A stretch of 58,217 bases of DNA from Bacteroidales bacterium (GTDB lineage: Bacteria; Bacteroidota; Bacteroidia; Bacteroidales; UBA12077), in assembly GCA_028282585.1 (NCBI GenBank), contig JANQHR010000024.1, positions 1 to 58,217 of the forward strand, given 5' to 3'. A program made the translations under genes and the position numbers. Positions 55,650 to 58,217 of the stretch are shown here, one piece after another (positions within the stretch are counted from its first letter, which is position 1; each line of letters opens with the position of its first letter). The notes under the pieces were generated by a model, which saw only the letters and a list, made by a program, of their open reading frames with translations, made no database searches and was not told the DNA's origin.

Positions 55650-58166
55650 ATGAAAAAACTTAACTTCTTTTTAATTTTAATCGGAGTAGTCCATTTATCA
55701 TTAGCTCAAAATTCAGTAGATTTAAATAAATGGAAAATAACAAATCCTCAAAAAATCAATAAACCCATCTTTTCGGATATCAAAAACATCGAAGGAACAA
55801 CCTTTGAAAATGCTGATTTGCTAAAAAGCACACAATTAGATTTTAACTCAAAATATCTGGTTTGGAATCAAGTAGAAATCGGAAAAGATAGTATTGTCTT
55901 AAATCAAACTGTTGAAAATAATCTTGTATTTCTACAAAGTTATTTATCTGTTGATAGATGGACCAAAGGAAATCTATTTATTACTCTTAATGGATTATAT
56001 GAGGTTTATGTCAATGATAATTTGATAAAAACTAAAAAAAATGCCGATTTAAGTGTTAATTCGATTGATTTAAAATTAAATAGAGGTAATCATAAAATAA
56101 CTTTAAAGGTTTTAACAACGAATAAAACCTTAAAACTTCAATCGGAATTTGAATATGAAGAAGATTTTGCCGATTGCAACGCTAAACCAAACTTAAACCC
56201 GGAAAGACTTTTTACTATTAATGATGTGCTTGAAGGAGATTATGTTTCTTCAGCTAGGATATCCCCTTCAGGAAAATATGCTTTAATTGAGTATAAAGAA
56301 GTCGCCTATGGTAGTGGAAAATCAAAAAAGTATACCGAGATCTACAATTTAGAAGAAAAAAAGAATGTTTTTACAATACGTAACAAGTCCATTTCAAACC
56401 TTGGATGGCTTCCAAGAACTGACAAATTAACCTATTCTTCTAAATTTGAAGAAGAGTCAGAAATATTTGTTTTGGATATTAAAACAGGTAAAGAAAATTT
56501 AGTTGTGGAAGGGCTAAAAGATTTATCTGGATTTTCATGGTCTCCTAATGAAGATTTTATAATCTATAACGATTACAATATTGCTGAAAAACCTGGTTAT
56601 TTAAAACGTGTTTACGGTAACGAAGATAGACTTCCTTATTTCCGTAACCGATCTTTCTTATATATGATTGATGTTAAATCAAGTAAAGTAACTCAGCTTA
56701 CTGCAGGTAATTTATCTTCAAATTTTCATGATATTAAACCTGACGGTTCAAAAATTCTATTTTCTACATCGGAGATGGATTATTCTGAGGTACCATTTCG
56801 TAAACAAAACTTATATGAATTGGATTTAAAAACTTTCCAACTAACAACAATCTGGGAAAATAAATTGTATTATGGTTCTTGTCAATATTCTCCTGATGGA
56901 ACTAAACTATTGGTAGAAGGTGGTCCAGAATGTTTTGGAGAATTAGGTGTTAATGTAAGCGAAGGAAGAATTCCAAATAGTTATGACTCACAATTATTTA
57001 TATATGATATTGTCACAAAAGATGTAAAACCAATTACTAAAAATTTCGATCCTGCAATTAACAATGTTTTTTGGACAAAAAATAATGAAATTTATGTTCA
57101 GGTAACTGATAAGGATTATGAAAACCTATATAAATATAACTTCAAAACAAATTCCTTCAGCAAAATTGATTTAATGGTTGAAGTACTCAGCAATATAGAT
57201 ATTGCATACAATAAACCATTTGCAATTTATACAGGAACCAGTATCTCAACACCTAAAATGTTGTATTCAATTGATCTGAAAAAAGAAACAAATACTTTAA
57301 TCTCATTTAAAGAAAAAGATCGTTTTGCTAACATTAAATTTGGAAAAACAGAACCATGGAACTTTACTAATAAAAACGGAACCACGATCTATGGTAGAGT
57401 TTATTATCCGCCAAATTACGATCCTTCAAAAAAATACCCATTAATAGTTAATTTTTACGGTGGAACATCACCAATTGAAAGATCTTTTGGTGGTCGTTAT
57501 CCAATTAATAACTGGGCCGCAAATGGCTACATTGTTTATGTATTGCAACCTAGTGGAGCCACAGGTTTTGGACAGGATTTCTCAGCTTTACACGTAAATG
57601 GTTGGGGATTCGATGCAATTGATGATATTATTGATGGTACCAAGAAATTTCTGGAGTCTCATCCTAATGCTGATTCTGAAAATGTAGGTTGCATCGGTGC
57701 TTCATATGGCGGATTTACCACCATGCTTCTGCAAACCCGGACAGATATTTTTAAAACAGCTATTTCTCATGCTGGTATTAGTTCTATAACAAGCTATTGG
57801 GGTGAAGGTTATTGGGGGTATTCTTATAGTACAGGAGCGGCTAAACATAGTTATCCCTGGAATCGTAAAGACATCTATGTTAATAACAGCCCAATTTACA
57901 ATGCAGATAAATTCCAAAATTCTATTTTACTACTTCACGGAACAGCAGATACAAATGTACCAGTGGGAGAAAGCTTACAATATTACGCTGCATTAAAGCT
58001 ACTTGGTAAAGATGTAGAAATGGTACTGGTAGATAAACAAGACCATTGGATAGTTGACTATAAAAAACGAATTAGTTGGCATTATACAATCATTTCGTGG
58101 TTTGATATGAAATTAAAGAACCAACCGCAACAATGGAATGATTTGTACCCGGAAAAGAATTTATAA
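55650..58166 (+). CDS. S9 family (prolyl oligopeptidase / acylaminoacyl) serine peptidase
   Basis: Signal peptide SLA|Q; propeller repeats WSPNE, YSPDG; YGG; GASYGG (Ser), HGTADTNV (Asp), QDH (His). Confidence 0.93.
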   Translation: MKKLNFFLILIGVVHLSLAQNSVDLNKWKITNPQKINKPIFSDIKNIEGTTFENADLLKSTQLDFNSKYLVWNQVEIGKDSIVLNQTVENNLVFLQSYLSVDRWTKGNLFITLNGLYEVYVNDNLIKTKKNADLSVNSIDLKLNRGNHKITLKVLTTNKTLKLQSEFEYEEDFADCNAKPNLNPERLFTINDVLEGDYVSSARISPSGKYALIEYKEVAYGSGKSKKYTEIYNLEEKKNVFTIRNKSISNLGWLPRTDKLTYSSKFEEESEIFVLDIKTGKENLVVEGLKDLSGFSWSPNEDFIIYNDYNIAEKPGYLKRVYGNEDRLPYFRNRSFLYMIDVKSSKVTQLTAGNLSSNFHDIKPDGSKILFSTSEMDYSEVPFRKQNLYELDLKTFQLTTIWENKLYYGSCQYSPDGTKLLVEGGPECFGELGVNVSEGRIPNSYDSQLFIYDIVTKDVKPITKNFDPAINNVFWTKNNEIYVQVTDKDYENLYKYNFKTNSFSKIDLMVEVLSNIDIAYNKPFAIYTGTSISTPKMLYSIDLKKETNTLISFKEKDRFANIKFGKTEPWNFTNKNGTTIYGRVYYPPNYDPSKKYPLIVNFYGGTSPIERSFGGRYPINNWAANGYIVYVLQPSGATGFGQDFSALHVNGWGFDAIDDIIDGTKKFLESHPNADSENVGCIGASYGGFTTMLLQTRTDIFKTAISHAGISSITSYWGEGYWGYSYSTGAAKHSYPWNRKDIYVNNSPIYNADKFQNSILLLHGTADTNVPVGESLQYYAALKLLGKDVEMVLVDKQDHWIVDYKKRISWHYTIISWFDMKLKNQPQQWNDLYPEKNL

Positions 58167-58189
58167 CGCAAATCATATAATGAAATTTT

Positions 58190-58217
58190 AACCTGTCAGC
58201 GTTCTGGCAGGTTTTTT
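58190..58217 (+). terminator. Intrinsic terminator after the S9 peptidase
   Basis: AACCTGTCAG-cgtt-CTGGCAGGTTTTTT. Confidence 0.8.

Noticed and set aside
1-58217. CRISPR arrays, tRNA/rRNA genes, prophage, integrase or transposase
   Set aside because: I saw no regularly spaced direct repeats, cloverleaf or rRNA-like sequence, or mobile-element ORFs by eye. Spacers are short and AT-rich.

Overview
This is an AT-rich chromosomal segment from a Bacteroidota bacterium, probably Bacteroidia. The evidence is TAnnTTTG -7 promoters, signal peptides cleaved before Gln, and typical gene neighbourhoods: M23-MerR next to alaS, SSS-recR, GT2-E2, and HsdR_N-amn-holA. It holds about 44 mostly housekeeping CDSs. 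I saw no rRNA, tRNA, CRISPR array, integrase or transposase. The most notable region is an apparent accessory islet at 14.4-21.2 kb. It carries four consecutive response regulators with no histidine kinase: two canonical single receivers, one Asp->Glu pseudo-receiver and a degenerate REC-PAS-LuxR. It also has repeated YAGGTA-N4-TACCTR palindromes, two of them exactly 22 bp from -7-type elements, and an unannotated ~75-nt sRNA candidate with its own promoter, 5' hairpin, U/G-rich linker and terminator. Other notable items are three tandem TPR-PD40 paralogues with different C-terminal anchors; a eukaryote-like glycogen operon with a GT3 synthase-GT35 phosphorylase fusion and a basic DUF2934 microprotein; a GNAT gene whose conserved N-terminus lacks a canonical start codon; and three degenerate REP/MITE-like elements. 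Family assignments come from motif recognition only; no database searches were run.
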